Shown: positions 51,001 to 63,588 of the stretch, piece after piece
Layout of the letters: the number at the start of each line of letters is the position of its first letter
Position numbering within the stretch: position 1 is the stretch's first letter
Origin: Camelus dromedarius
Lineage: Eukaryota
Assembly (NCBI RefSeq): GCF_036321535.1
Contig: NC_087437.1
Location: 25,794,001-25,858,000, forward strand
Length of the DNA: 64,000 bases
Direction of reading: 5' to 3'
The notes under the pieces: model-generated
What the model was told of the DNA's origin: nothing
Seen by the model: the letters and a program-made list of their open reading frames with translations, nothing else
Database searches by the model: none
Translations under genes and position numbers: made by a program

Positions 51001-52085
51001 CAAAAAGACAACCTACGGAATGGGAGAAAGTATTTGCAAATCATGAGACTGATAAGAGCTTAATATCCAGAATATACAAATAGCTCATATAGCTTAATAA
51101 CAAAAAAACAAACAACCCAATCCAAAAATGGGCAAAAGACCTAAATAGTCATTTCTCCAAAGAAGACATACATATAGCCAACAGGTACATGAACAGATGT
51201 TCAATATCGCTAATTATTAGAGAAACACAGATCAAAACTACAATGAGGTATTACCTCACACCACTCAGAACAGCCATTATTAAAAAGTCTATAAATAATC
51301 AATGCCGGAGAGGGTGAGGAGAAAAAGGAACACTCCTACATCATTGGTGGAAATGTAAACTGGTACAGCCACTTGGAGAATAGTATGGATGTTCCTTAAA
51401 AAATAAAAAGTTACCATATGATCCAGCAATCCCACTCCTGGGCATGTATCTGGAGAAAATTCAATTTGAAAATATACGTACACCCCAATGTTCACAGCAG
51501 CACTATTTATAATAACCAGGACATAGAAATAACCTAAACGTCCATCAATATAATAGATGAATGGATAAAGATATGTGTGTGTGTGTGTGTGAGTGTGTGT
51601 GAGTATACATACATATATACACACATGTGTATATATATGCATGTATAATGGAATAGTATTCAGCCATAGAAAAGAATGAAATGCCATTTGGATGGACCTA
51701 GTGATTATCATATTAAGTGAAGTCAAAGAGAAATATATATTAGTTATATGTGGAACCTAAATAAATGATACAAATGAACTTATTTACAAAGCAGAGATAA
51801 ACTCACAGACAGAAAAGAAACTTAGAGAAGGGTGGGGATAAATCAGGAGTTTGGGATTAACATATTACTATACTACTATATATAAAATAAACAACAGATA
51901 CCTACTGTATAGCACAGGGAACTATATTTAATATAATAACCTATAATGGGAAAGAACATGAAAAAGAATGTGTGCGTGTGTATATATATATATATATGAA
52001 TCACTTTGCTGTACATCTGAAACTAAAACAGTGTAAATCAACTATTTTAAATAAAATTTTTTAAAAGTAAAATTAAAAAATTTAA
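45085..52085 (+). mobile_element. Near-full-length decayed LINE-1 (5' UTR ~45085-46635, ORF1 ~46636-47520, ORF2 ~48058-51720, 3' UTR/A-tail)
   Basis: 5' start gggggctgggccaagatgg; ORF2 endonuclease start (STITINVNGLSAPIKRHR..ICCLQETH); RT fragments ([27 protein letters not shown]); multiple frameshifts and stops. Confidence 0.93.
47837..47990 (+). mobile_element. tRNA-Ala(AGC)-derived SINE (camelid Vic-1-like) nested in the L1 inter-ORF spacer
   Basis: GGGGGAGGGTATAGCTCAGTGGTAGAGCGTGTGCTTAGCATGCACGAGGTCCTGGGTTCAACCCC head with A/B boxes, then aaacctaattacc.. and A-rich tail. Confidence 0.85.
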
Positions 52086-52495
52086 GAAAACCCAGTTGAG
52101 ATGGTAAATATTGTATTATGTATATTTTACCATGATGGAGAAAAAAAGAATAGGTTTGATCTGTATGTTCTTATATGGTAGTCTCCAACATATACAGTTA
52201 AGGGGGATAAAAAAAAAAGTCTGCAAAATAATAAAGTATGATCCCATTTACCTGAAAAGAAATTTTTGAAATTTACACACAGATGTTAAGTATGAATGTA
52301 TATAAACACAGAGAAAGAAACTCTAAATGCCATATGTTAAACTATTGATGGTGGTTTCCTTCTAAAAAGCAGATCTTAATATTTTGCTCTGCATAATTCT
52401 ATTTCAATCTTCTACAATAATATATTAATGCAGTATTTATATAATTTTAAAAACCGTATCAACCTAATTTTAAAATAGATGTCTTAAAAACTCAC

Positions 52496-52576
52496 TTTTG
52501 TGATGATAACTTCTTGCTTCTGGCCAAGTCTATGGCATCTGTCAAAGCACTGATCTTCAGCCGCTGGATTCCAGGC
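52496..52576 (-). CDS. HLTF: HLTF penultimate coding exon (helicase motif VI)
   Basis: AWNPAAEDQCFDRCHRLGQKQEVIITK; ttag / gtgag splice sites. Confidence 0.96.
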
Positions 52577-54899
52577 CTAATAAGAACACGAGCTGCATTA
52601 TTACCACCCTGATCTGTGAGTGTTCTGTGCATATTCTTTTGTTGCAGTATTATTCATTCACCTTTTATTGACTGAAATCCTTCTGAATGAATTCAGACAC
52701 TGACATTATAAATGCTCTGGGGAAAAAAATCCACACATCCCCTCAGCCTCCTCCAATCATTACTATGACAGGCAGATATTCTCTCTCCACTGTCATTTCA
52801 CTCCACCACTTCCTAGTATCTAATACAGGGCCTGATACAACACACCATATAAATGGTTGTTGATTAATCAAATAATATCTTTCTGCCCCCCCCCCATTTT
52901 AAAGTCAAACTATGTATGTTTAACAGAGAAAAACAAATTTACACATCCTCTTAAGTGACTTAATTTACATTAGAAAAGATTGGTAACCAGGTCCATTTAT
53001 GAAAAAGTTTTCTCCTTTTTGATGGTCTTTGGTACTTTTTCTTTCATTTTCCTCCATTCATTATGTAAAAGCACAAGATTTCAGAAGTAATCAAAAGTCC
53101 CCAAAATTATTTAAGACTTCATTGACACAATTTTCAGTATCTATATTTGAAATCAGTATGACTTCAAAATTGAACTAAAAAAGTAACATTAACTAATTAA
53201 CATAGGCATTATCATCGGGACTGTATTAAGGTGAAGAATAAAACAATGAAGCAATGAAAAGGGAAGAATAAGCAAAAGGATATAGAGCTCTTCGGTCTAG
53301 AAAGATAGGAGTCAAGTGGTTTTGAAATATTATCATGAACTGTCAGGGTAGAGATCATTAAAAGTTAAATTAAACTATTGAGTGATTCTTGAAGCTAAAG
53401 ACAGGATGTTTTGAAGAAAAGGAACATTTATACAGCAAAGTACCACCTGAAAATAGAAACAAAATCATAAATGCATATGTAGATGGAACAAGTGTATAGT
53501 ATGACTTAGGCAGTTATCTTCTGTTTAAAGTTCCCTTGAGAGTTAAGAGAAAAGCAGATTTTACTATTAACTTGCTCTAATTTGGTTGTGGGATTGTTTT
53601 TCAGTATAGAACTTAGATTTAAAAGACTTATTTCGGTTATGATTTTCTAAAACTAACAGTCATATTCTGTGAGTATTTTTTATTTTACGATTGGACATAT
53701 TTTGAAACCATTATACCAAGAGCTGAGATACAATGTTCCTTTCTGTTGTCTGTATTCAGTCTAGGAACCTTATGGTGAGCTGGCAATACATATCAAGTAT
53801 GACTAGATGTATAAAACAACTTATTTCATGATAATATAAAATTGATAGCTCCCATTCTCACATACAGTGATAAAGAATGCAATAGCTTTATCAAAAACTC
53901 ATAATTGAACATCAAAATACACCCTAACTTTTATATAATATTCCATGAAGAGGTAAAATATTTTCACGAGCATTTTTTTTTACTGAATATTTTCTTTCTA
54001 GGGCCTGGATTTTCTTTTTAAGTTAGAAGCAACATGTCAAAGATTGAAATGTTCAATGAAAAATGATCAACTTACTATGAAATTGCTAAAACATTCTGTT
54101 TTCTGAAAGTGTAACTGTTAAAGAGTTTAATCTCTGATCAACCTTATAACACTAATTAAATTACTGTTTTTGGTATTAACAACCTCTTCCTTATCAAGTA
54201 CTAAGATTTTAACCAAAGGAAAAAAAAATTGGGGAATCTGTTTCAAAAATCAGCTTCTAGGATTATCATCAGGTTAGCTAACACGTAACTTAATCTGTAG
54301 TTCCAATGAATATTTTTTATAACAATCGTAAACTAAAACTCTAGCAAAGATTTAAAACTTCATCCATAGAACTGAGACAAGAAAATACGACAGACCACCG
54401 CTACCCTCGTGGCATTAACATGAAAGCCATGAATGCCTAAGCATGGCTCTGGTTGTAGTATTACCAGAAAGGTTACCCTCAGGTGAGGAAAAAAAGCTCT
54501 GGTAACAGGTACATGCTTCAACTGGATAGCTTTAAGCAGAATAACTCAAAATTCGTATCTTAGTAAAATTTCTTTATATTATGAATTTTCTGAGTTTCAG
54601 ACAAGCTAAAACCACAAATCTTAGATCTGTGAATGCACAGAAATAGCATAGGGTTGCCTCTAGCTCAGACAGTACCCAGTGCAAATTAGAAACTGAATTA
54701 GTTCAGATTGCTTCCAGTCCAAAAAGCCCCTTTGTGCAATTAGGAAAAAAAGTGCTCCTATGTGGATTGCAGCTCTAAGTCACACAGTTTGGTGCATCAA
54801 GTTTAGAGTGAATTCTAGCTCCCATTCTACCCTAGACCTGTATTGCACACAGCAATTGCATTGCATTAGACACTAAAATTTACCCAAAACATTCCATTA

Positions 54900-55430
54900 A
54901 TGGTATTTGTTTATAAAAATGTGATGCTGAACCACCTGCACCTAAATCACCTATGGTCTATATAAAAATGCAGCTTCCTATGTCTCATCAAAGAACTCCT
55001 AAGTCTGAGGACAGAGGTCAGAAATTGCATTTACCTAATTCTTATGCACATTAAAGCTTGAGACCATTAGCACCATGATGGTGGCTACTTTGTCTATCTT
55101 GTTTATAGCCAGATTCCTAGTGCCTGTGAAATTCCCTGACACAAAGCAGGATCTCATTATTCACTAGCTGAGCCAATGAAAACAGTTCCCTAAGGCATTA
55201 GAGTTCACAGAAATTTATTCTGTATGTAGAACGGAAAAGCACGGCACAATACTTATAAACATGGACTCTAATCCTGGTTTGTATATTACTAGCTCTGTGA
55301 TGAGGCAAGTAATTTCACTTCTCTATGTTTCAGTTTCCTCACCTGAAAAATGAGGATAGTAACAAGATCTACTTTACAGAGATGCTGTGAGAATTTCAGT
55401 TGATATATGTAAAGCACTTACGAGAGCCCT
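54900..55430. mobile_element. MER5-like fragment (~54900-55070) and MIR (~55250-55430)
   Basis: ttcttatgcacattaaagcttgagacca; tttcagtttcctcacctgaaaaatgaggatagtaac. Confidence 0.6.
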
Positions 55431-55585
55431 CCATTTTTAATGAGATTATCTACCTCTCAAGTTTGCCTCAGAATTTTCACAATCAGTTATAATTATAAAC
55501 GCACTTAACATATAGTTTTTGGTTTGTTTTTTTTTTTTTTTTTTAAGAAGTAGTAACATACCAAAAAGTCTACAGAACTACTTAC

Positions 55586-55766
55586 TGGATCCATTAAAAA
55601 CACTCGAGAAGCTGCAGAAAGATTCAAACCAACTCCACCTGCTTTTAAGGATAGAAGCATTATAGTTGGAGATCCAGCTTCAGTGTTTTGAAAACACTGA
55701 ATTGATTCCACTCTTTTCTTTTGGGCCATGGAACCATCCAAACGAGTAAATACAAATCCAGAAGCT
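55586..55766 (-). CDS. HLTF: HLTF coding exon (helicase motif V)
   Basis: ASGFVFTRLDGSMAQKKRVESIQCFQNTEAGSPTIMLLSLKAGGVGLNLSAASRVFLMDP. Confidence 0.96.
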
Positions 55767-56125
55767 CTAATGGAGGGGACAAAAGAGACAAGGAATACTT
55801 AGCTACACTATAAAGACATGTTAAGTAATTTTAAATCTTTTCATTCAACCAATTACTTCACTTTTCTATTCTGAAACAAGTATTTACCAATCATCTATTA
55901 ATATGTCAAGCTCTGAGTCAACTTTTTCCCTATAAATTCAGCACTTTACCATTAGAATCCTAAGTTCCTAGGAATATTCTTTATTGTGACTGACTTATTT
56001 TAGATAGATGAAATGAATAAAACTGGTAAAACAAAATTTTTTTGGTTTAATCCAATGGTTTAATGCAAATTAAAACATTTATATAAAATCCTTTTGCTCA
56101 AAGTGAGAACCACTGTTGAACTTAC

Positions 56126-56238
56126 CTGAGTGGTGTTTCTATTAAAGACAGGAATGTTGTAAACTGAGAAACAACTAAACTTTTTATGTTGGGGTTCTTC
56201 TTTCTTAAGTCAATCAATGCATGCATTAGAGCATTAAT
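56126..56238 (-). CDS. HLTF: HLTF coding exon (helicase motif IV)
   Basis: INALMHALIDLRKKNPNIKSLVVSQFTTFLSLIETPLR. Confidence 0.96.
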
Positions 56239-56555
56239 CTGAAAAAAATTAGAATACCCATTAAATTCCATTTTGAATTGGAAGAGAAAGGTCCTGCCAT
56301 ATTACCTCCCTACAATGCAAAAGACCACTAATTTTTTTTTAAAATTTAAGACTAAAAGAATATTATCATATGTGAACCCTCCCTTTCTCTTTCCTCTCAA
56401 ATTCACTACTAGAAATAAACATAAAGCCAGTAACCACCAACAGAGTATAATACTCGCAATTACATGATTGGAAGCAAAATTATTATTTCTAAATATGGTA
56501 TTTCTTTATATAAATGTAAAGCAAATACTCAAATATTTATGCATGTGTGTTTTAC

Positions 56556-56681
56556 CTTTGAACTGGATGTCCATTCCATATTAGACTTTTTCTCAGTGTC
56601 ACATGCCAATTCTTCTGGAGGACATTCTAATAAATTGTCTCCATGTATATCATTTCTGCATAAAGGGCATTTAGCATGTGG
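56556..56681 (-). CDS. HLTF: HLTF coding exon (RING C-terminal CPLC)
   Basis: PHAKCPLCRNDIHGDNLLECPPEELACDTEKKSNMEWTSSSK. Confidence 0.96.
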
Positions 56682-57469
56682 CTATAGAAGAAAAAACAAA
56701 GTATGAGTGATACTTAACAAAGGAATAGAAATATACATTTGTCTAAAATTTTTATAAAGCATGGTAAGTTCTGTATCCCTAATACCCAGCATTTTATTTA
56801 AACTTTTATTAGATTCATCCATTTAAGATAAATCTATACAGGCAGATATAATGTTCTAAAGTGGTAAGTGGGATGAGTAAAAAAGAGGAAAAGTATGCGA
56901 TCTTGGCTAGCAGTAAGAGCCTGAAACAATAAATATTATACTATTTGCAGGCATGTAAAGAAACCATGAACCATGAATAAAAGTTTCTTGACTCTAACTA
57001 CAATGTATTAGTTGGAACTATTCTTTAGAAGCAAAAAAACCCCAAAAAAACAAAAAAACAAAAAACTTTTCAATAGCTTATAAAGCGAGTCTAGATCTGT
57101 TCAATCCTATCAGGTTCATTCAAAGCAATTATCCATTGTGCCCATTTTGTATCAAGGCATACTAATAAGATTATCTCTAAAATAACTACATACCAAATAC
57201 CATTACAATAAAAAAGATTCTGAAACTAAAACAGAATCAGCATAGTTAGAAGTCAGCATAGTAGGAGGAGGGAGAGAGTAATGATTGGGAGGGAACACAG
57301 GAAGATCTAAGTAGTAGTTACATGGATATGATTACTTCATAATTCACTGAGCTGAACAATCATGATGTGTACTTTTCCCTGTAAGTACATCTCAATAAAA
57401 ATGTTTAAAAAAATTATACCTCAGAAGGAGGTATAATTACCACTTTACATGAGTCTAGACCTACCTAGA

Positions 57470-57700
57470 TACAGTTTGATAGCTAACAGCCACAAGCAGC
57501 CATTAAGCCACTGAAATGTGGCAAAGCCAAATTGAGATGTGTTGTAAGTATACAATACCACCAATTTTAGAACACTTAAGTTTAAAAAAAATCATGTAAA
57601 GTATCTCAACAATTTTTACATTTTAGATAAATAAAAATGTATTGTAAGAATTAACTTCGTTTTATTAGAAAATTTTAAATTATCTTTGTTTCACAGTATC
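57470..57700. mobile_element. MER3/MER33-like hAT-Charlie fragment
   Basis: agccacaagcagccattaagccactgaaatgtggc...aattgagatgtgttgtaagtatacaatac. Confidence 0.6.
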
Positions 57701-57967
57701 AATCTATTTCTTAGAGATGATCTAAAGAGTTAGTGAAACTAGAATACTGACTCTGAAACATACCTCCAAAAGCACGTCTTTTTATGTTAAAAGGGCTTAA
57801 ATATAAGAAATATATCAACTATTAAAACACATAATTAACTATAAAAGGTGTATTAGTAAATCCAAGTACAAAACTCTTCATAGTCTGCTAGACTTGGGTC
57901 TCCATTACACTCAACACTAGAACACTACTCCATCAAACACTGTATCTGTACTGAGCATAAAACTAAC

Positions 57968-58146
57968 CTGTTCATTCTGAATGACTTGGCAAATACAAGG
58001 TTTACAAAAGACATGTGCACAATATGTTATGACAGGAACTGTTAAAGAATCCAAGCAAATTGCACATTCCTCATCGGAACCTGAGCTCAGAATTAACTTC
58101 ATCTTCCTTATTAATGTCTTCCGTAGTTCTTCAGGTGTATCATTTC
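57968..58146 (-). CDS. HLTF: HLTF coding exon (RING finger N-part)
   Basis: NDTPEELRKTLIRKMKLILSSGSDEECAICLDSLTVPVITYCAHVFCKPCICQVIQNEQ. Confidence 0.96.
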
Positions 58147-58625
58147 CTAGAGAAAAGGCTGAAAAATTAATTTCAGAGCAAGACTTGTAATATGACTAGA
58201 CAAGTTGTTAATCTTTCTTATATAGGAAAAAGTTTTGCTTAGGTAGTCTTTAGTCTTTTTTTTTTTAACCATAGGCAAAAAGCATGACTTAAATCTGAAA
58301 TTTTAAGAAAAATCCAGAAGCTAAAATAGTAGTGAACCCACTTAACATACATTACACAGAAGCATCATTATAACACAGTCTGCAGGTAACACAGAATAAA
58401 AGGCTGACCCAATCTGATCTTTCATCTATCACTGGAAATCCTGAAAGACCTCATTAATATTCCATTTCATTGTTAAGAGATTCTTGAGTACATTTCTAGT
58501 TGAGTCCTATACTAAAAACAATGTCCACTTGACAAATAAACTAAATTTAGGCCATATGAAAGGTTTCTCATTCTGATTTAAATATCTCTAATAATATGAT
58601 GTGTAAACCAATTGCATATACCTAC

Positions 58626-58750
58626 CTGAGGGACCACTGGAAGACACTGCATTTGTAAGAAGGTGAGTATGACAACAAATCTGCCGCAATCTAAGCAAAA
58701 GACCCAGGACATCTGCATAGTGTGCAAGGACAGTCCCTTCATTAAAATAC
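58626..58750 (-). CDS. HLTF: HLTF coding exon
   Basis: YFNEGTVLAHYADVLGLLLRLRQICCHTHLLTNAVSSSGPS. Confidence 0.96.
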
Positions 58751-60129
58751 CTAGAGGTAAAAACGTTAAATATTATGAGGGCCTCTAAACAATACTTCCT
58801 ATTCTAAAACAGTGGGAAAAAATGGCATTGTTCTCTTCTTCTCTGGAAATCACTTCAAAACAGAATGGAAAACAGAAAAGTAAACTCTATCTTTAACGAA
58901 ACCAGGAGAGATTTGTGACAATTAAGTAAAATATATGAGAAATGGCTGCCAACTGCGGTGAAAGTCAAACAGGAAGATTCCAAGAGATATGACTGCAGAG
59001 CTCAAGCAGACCTGCCAGAGCAGAATTCTTCAAAATAAACAGCATGCCCTGAGGAGAAAATCATCATCTCTTATTTGCAGAAATAAAAACAGAGTGCATG
59101 GTTCATGGCTTGAACATCCCTGGACAAGTTTATACCAAGAAAGAAGGGAGGCAAGCTGAATAAGAAAAGACACGAACCTACTGTGTTTTCAGAAATGACA
59201 ATGGACACAGCACTGCCTATTGCAAGGAACCCTGAAGCTTCTGATCCCGCTTTATAAGCATAAGTAAAACCTGAAAGAACTCACATGTAACCTTGAGCCA
59301 TAATTAAATAGAGATATATTTCCTGCTAGTCAGGGATACAGCTATGACCCCTATCCCTTCATATGAATCTCTTGCAAATAACTAGTCCAAAAAGAACTCA
59401 ATGCATTCAAATATGAGTAATAATCAGTAGTAAAGAGCAAGGGAGAGAACAAACGGCAACAAAAGAAAACACCAGAAAAATGTTGCCATATAGCAAATAA
59501 AAATTATGACCAAGAGTACTGCCATGATTTAACACCATTCAATAAAACAGTTCCTCCTAAAAAAAAAAAATGCTTAAAGCAGAGACAAAGAACTTTGAAA
59601 AGGTACAGCAAAACAGAACAGAGATGAAAGATGAGCTGATACAGCTAAAGAGTGTGAAATAGAAAAGTGAATGCAGAGAAAGTCACAGTGAAGCCAGCAT
59701 AAAAGAGACTGGCTACTGATAAAAACACAGGAAAGAACATGGGGAACAAGAATGAGAAAAGCAAAATTAAGCAGAAGGATGTAAAGGATTAGAATAAAAT
59801 GATACCTATGGAAAACAAAGAATATCCCACATACAGAGAGAAAAATAAAATAATGGGACAGAAAATAGTATTTAAGAAAACTTTACAGAAAGAGGAGTGG
59901 GGGGTGGGGAAGCCTAGAATCTACAGATTTAAATCGTACCATATGTTTCAGAAAAAAACCAACAGAGGTCCTGGTCAAATTGCTGGACTTTAAAGAATAA
60001 AGTTTTCCCACAGAAATATTCAATATAAAATATAGTAGAACAAAGATAACACCAGCTCTGGAGAAAGAGTAGGTGATCCAAAAACTATATATCAAGGTAA
60101 TCTGACATTTAAATATTAAGACAATAGAA

Positions 60130-60660
60130 GAAATATAACTTAATGGTTAGGAACACAGCCTCCAGAGCTAGACTGTCTGAATTCAAAACCTGGCTCTGCC
60201 AATTTAACTGAAACCCTGGGCAGGTTTCTCAACCCATGTCTTGAGCCTCCTCGGCTTTAACAGTGGCATAACACATACCTCATAGGACTGTAGTTTTAAA
60301 AAAGTTAACACTTGCAAAACATTTAATAGTGCCTGGACTACAGTAAATGATGTTTATCTGCTGATATTAATAAGAGTTGTAGTAGGACAACAAATGCTTC
60401 TCAATATTCAGGAATGCAAGAAATAAGCAATATAAAGATTAAACTTACAAATTCTAGAATCAAAGTGCCTGAACTTAAATACCAGCTCTGTCACTCACTA
60501 GCTGTGTGACACAGTACAAGTTACCTAACTGCTCTGTGCTTCAGATCCTTTTTCTGTAAAATGTAGGTAACCCTTCTGCTGACTTAATAGGATTACTATG
60601 AATAACACACTTAGATGAATGCATAATATCTGGTAAGTACCAAATAAACATTAGTAAATG
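60130..60660 (+). mobile_element. Two MIR fragments
   Basis: gaattcaaaacctggctctgcca...; ccagctctgtcactcactagctgtgtgac...ctctgtgcttcag...ctgtaaaatg. Confidence 0.7.
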
Positions 60661-60879
60661 TATTACCTATTAAATATTTTTAAAATAACATCTTTCTCTG
60701 AGAACACAGTTTAATTAAGTTTTACCAACAGTCTAATTATTCCCTGGCATGGTCACATCTTACAATGATAATCAGCATTTCAGTTTAAAAAATTTATTTT
60801 GAGTGCCACATAATGGAAGCAGAAGCCTCCTCCTACCTTCACCAGCTTACAGTATTGTTAAAACTCTTTCCTAACTTCA

Positions 60880-63110
60880 TGCATTCTCGTGGTGATCTTA
60901 CTCAATCTCCTGGCTTTAATTACTATCATTTACACACAGATGACTTTCAAATTTGTATCAAACCAAGAACATCCTCATGAACTCTAATCTCATATTCAAG
61001 TGATTTTGCAAGATCTCCACTTGGAAATTTATGCATAGGCATCACATAATCAATGTGTCCGAAGCTGAGTTTCTCATCCTTCCTGAAAAAACTCTACTGC
61101 TCCCATACTTATGCTGCAAATGGCCATTCTACCCTTCTAGTCACTCATGTGAAAAACCTTGGAGTTACCTTTCTCTCCTCTCTCACACCCCATATTCTAT
61201 CAATCAGCAAGTTCTGTTGGCTCTACCTTCAAAATATAACAGAATCCAGGCATTTCTCACTCCCTTCGTCACTACTACTGTAGTAAAAAACACCATCATC
61301 TCTTACTCTGATTTTTGCTACTGTTCTCCTTATTTATGCCTTATGCCTAAAATCTAAGTCTTGACACAGGAGCCAGTGATCTTTTAAAAATATAAAATTA
61401 AGTCACTTTCCTGGCCCAAAACCATTCAAAGGTTCCCAAATCTCATAAAAAATAAAAGCCAAGGTCCGTGAAATATTCCACAATGCCTTACATACTTTGT
61501 CATCCACCCCTACTCCAATAACTTTCTGATATCACTGCTTTCCATCTTGCTTATATTATGCAGTCACACTTGCCTCTTTGGTGCTCAAGTTCTTCAGGTA
61601 TGCTCCCAAGTCAGGGCCTTTACACTTGCTGTTCCCCTCTGCCAGAAATGTCCCCATTCTCAATCTCCATTAGATCTTTTCCCACATATCACCTTCTCAG
61701 TGATGTCTTCCCTGAATACTCTATAAAAACAGCTTCAGCACTCCCTATCTCCTTTCTTGGTTTTACTTTTTTCCCATAGAATTTAATTGTTTTATCATCT
61801 ATTTCATCCCACTGAAATATAAACTCCTTGACGGTAGAGATTTTTGTCTATTTTATTCCACTGTATCCCAATGTGTGTAACAGTGTCTAGCACACAGACA
61901 CTTAATACATTTAAGCTGAAAGAATGACTATGAAGGGAATTTCAATCACCACTGTAAGATTTTGAGCTCTGAAATCTCCTGCGTAGAACAATCTTTCTAA
62001 TTCCTATTAAATCTGCTTTGTACGTCACTGAAGTTCTTATTTTTTGAAGATTCTTCTATATTCTTTTTTTTCCTGATTTTTTGTTTTTATTGAAGTATAG
62101 TCAGTTTACAATGTTGTATCAATTTCTGGTATACAGCACAATGCTTCCGTCATACCTGAACATATATATATTCATTTTCATATTCTTTTTCACTGTAAGC
62201 TACTACAAGATACAGAATATCCCCTATATTCTCAGCCCTGCTTTGTCTTCACTTGTCTCCTACTCATTCTGGTTCCTACAGGTATGCATATCAAACATGC
62301 TCTTTGCTTGAACCAGAATGTCTCACCTTCTACCAATCCCCAATATCTTTAATCTATACTCCGTTAGTTCCTATTCCCAGATTTCCATGTGTGGTTGGAA
62401 AGTAGTATTGATTTAACTTTCACATATATTCCACACCAACTGAAGCCTAACACTCTAAAAACCTTACTTTTATGCAATGGCTGCAAACCCAGTCTACCTT
62501 CCTCAACTTCCCATTACCTTACTCTGCAGATACTCTTGTCTCACAGTTCACTGATTATACTCTTGCTATTATCTACCTCCATACTAGGCTTTATTTTTCT
62601 CTAACAATTTGCTTTATTCTCTTTTCTGCTGGTAGTCTCTTCCATGTTCTCTTCCTCTCAAAGTAGTGACACAAATAAAATCATAAAAAAATTGATCTAG
62701 CAGCCAACTATCTACCCTATCTACCAATCTCAGTTTTTTCCTCACTTTTAAAGACAAATCGTGAAAAATGGTCTATCCCTACAGCTGCTCTACTTCACAA
62801 TCCCCTTACTCCTACAATTTGGCTACATGTCTCATTATTATCGTGAAACTATTCTGGGAGTTAACTTCTGAATCACCAAATTAAATAGCCTTTACTAAGC
62901 CTCTGCACTATGTGACACTACTGACCATTCCCTCTTTCTTGATTACGCTGTCTTTACCGAGATTCTATGAGTTTTCTCTCCTTTCTTCATACTTCTCCCC
63001 TTGACAGAATCTCTTCCAATGGATCCTCCTTATTGTCTGAAACGTGGACATTCCTCCAAGTTTTGGTCCTTAATAGGTTTATTTTCTCTATATATACTCT
63101 TCTCAATGTT
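60880..63110 (+). mobile_element. L2 LINE fragments (3' end ~60880-61930; further piece ~62680-63110)
   Basis: tcaatcagcaagttctgttggctctaccttcaaaatata; aaactccttgacggtagagatttttgtctatttt...cagtgtctagcacacag. Confidence 0.7.
62065..62223 (-). mobile_element. Short LINE-1 3' end inserted with a 9-bp TSD
   Basis: Poly-T ttattgaagtatagtcagtttacaatgttg...; CTATATTCT at 62056-62064 and 62224-62232. Confidence 0.75.
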
Positions 63111-63408
63111 TTGAATCTTCTCCCATGACACAGAACCAGGGACAGAAGTAAGCAAGGTCTTCTGACTAGTAATTCAAAACTTGCCATTTCATGTAAATTT
63201 TATATTTTTTCCTAACTTTAAGAATTACTTACCTGGTGAATTATTTATTTCACTCACTTCAACCATTAGTTCATAAAAAGTAGTTTAAGTAGCTAAAGAA
63301 ACAATTTATACGTCAGTGTATTTAAGACTTTATATCTAAAAAATATTATTCAATTAAATGTTAACAAAGAAAAAAACTGTTTTCTAAAAAGACTTTCTTT
63401 CTCCATAC

Positions 63409-63588
63409 CTTCCAATAGTAGCTCTGCCTTCATTTTTCACAGACTGATAAATCTTTCTCTCTTCCTCTGAAAGTGTAATGTGCTGAATAAATACTTTACG
63501 TTCTGGTAACTCCAAAACAGGTTTTCCTTTAATTTTGCTTGTCTTTGTTCTTCTAAGTGTAATATTTTTAATTAGGGACTGTAAACGC
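63409..63588 (-). CDS. HLTF: HLTF coding exon (SNF2 domain end)
   Basis: RLQSLIKNITLRRTKTSKIKGKPVLELPERKVFIQHITLSEEERKIYQSVKNEGRATIGR; ctag / gtatgg splice sites. Confidence 0.96.

Larger units (their letters stand above)
44196..63588 (-). other. HLTF: HLTF gene, 3' part (last 8 coding exons; gene continues beyond the window)
   Basis: Exons splice in frame with GT-AG introns; SNF2 helicase C-lobe with inserted C3HC4 RING; C-terminus AKINEIKTLIDL* matches HLTF; GYG1-HLTF adjacency as known in human. Confidence 0.97.

Noticed and set aside
46636..51720. Active L1 or novel reverse-transcriptase system
   Set aside because: ORF1 and ORF2 are fragmented by stops, frameshifts and deletions; the RT catalytic motif is degenerate (SLYVDMILY)
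58850..60120. Possible HAL1/L1 5'-like relic
   Set aside because: A-rich and suggestive, but I cannot match it confidently to a family
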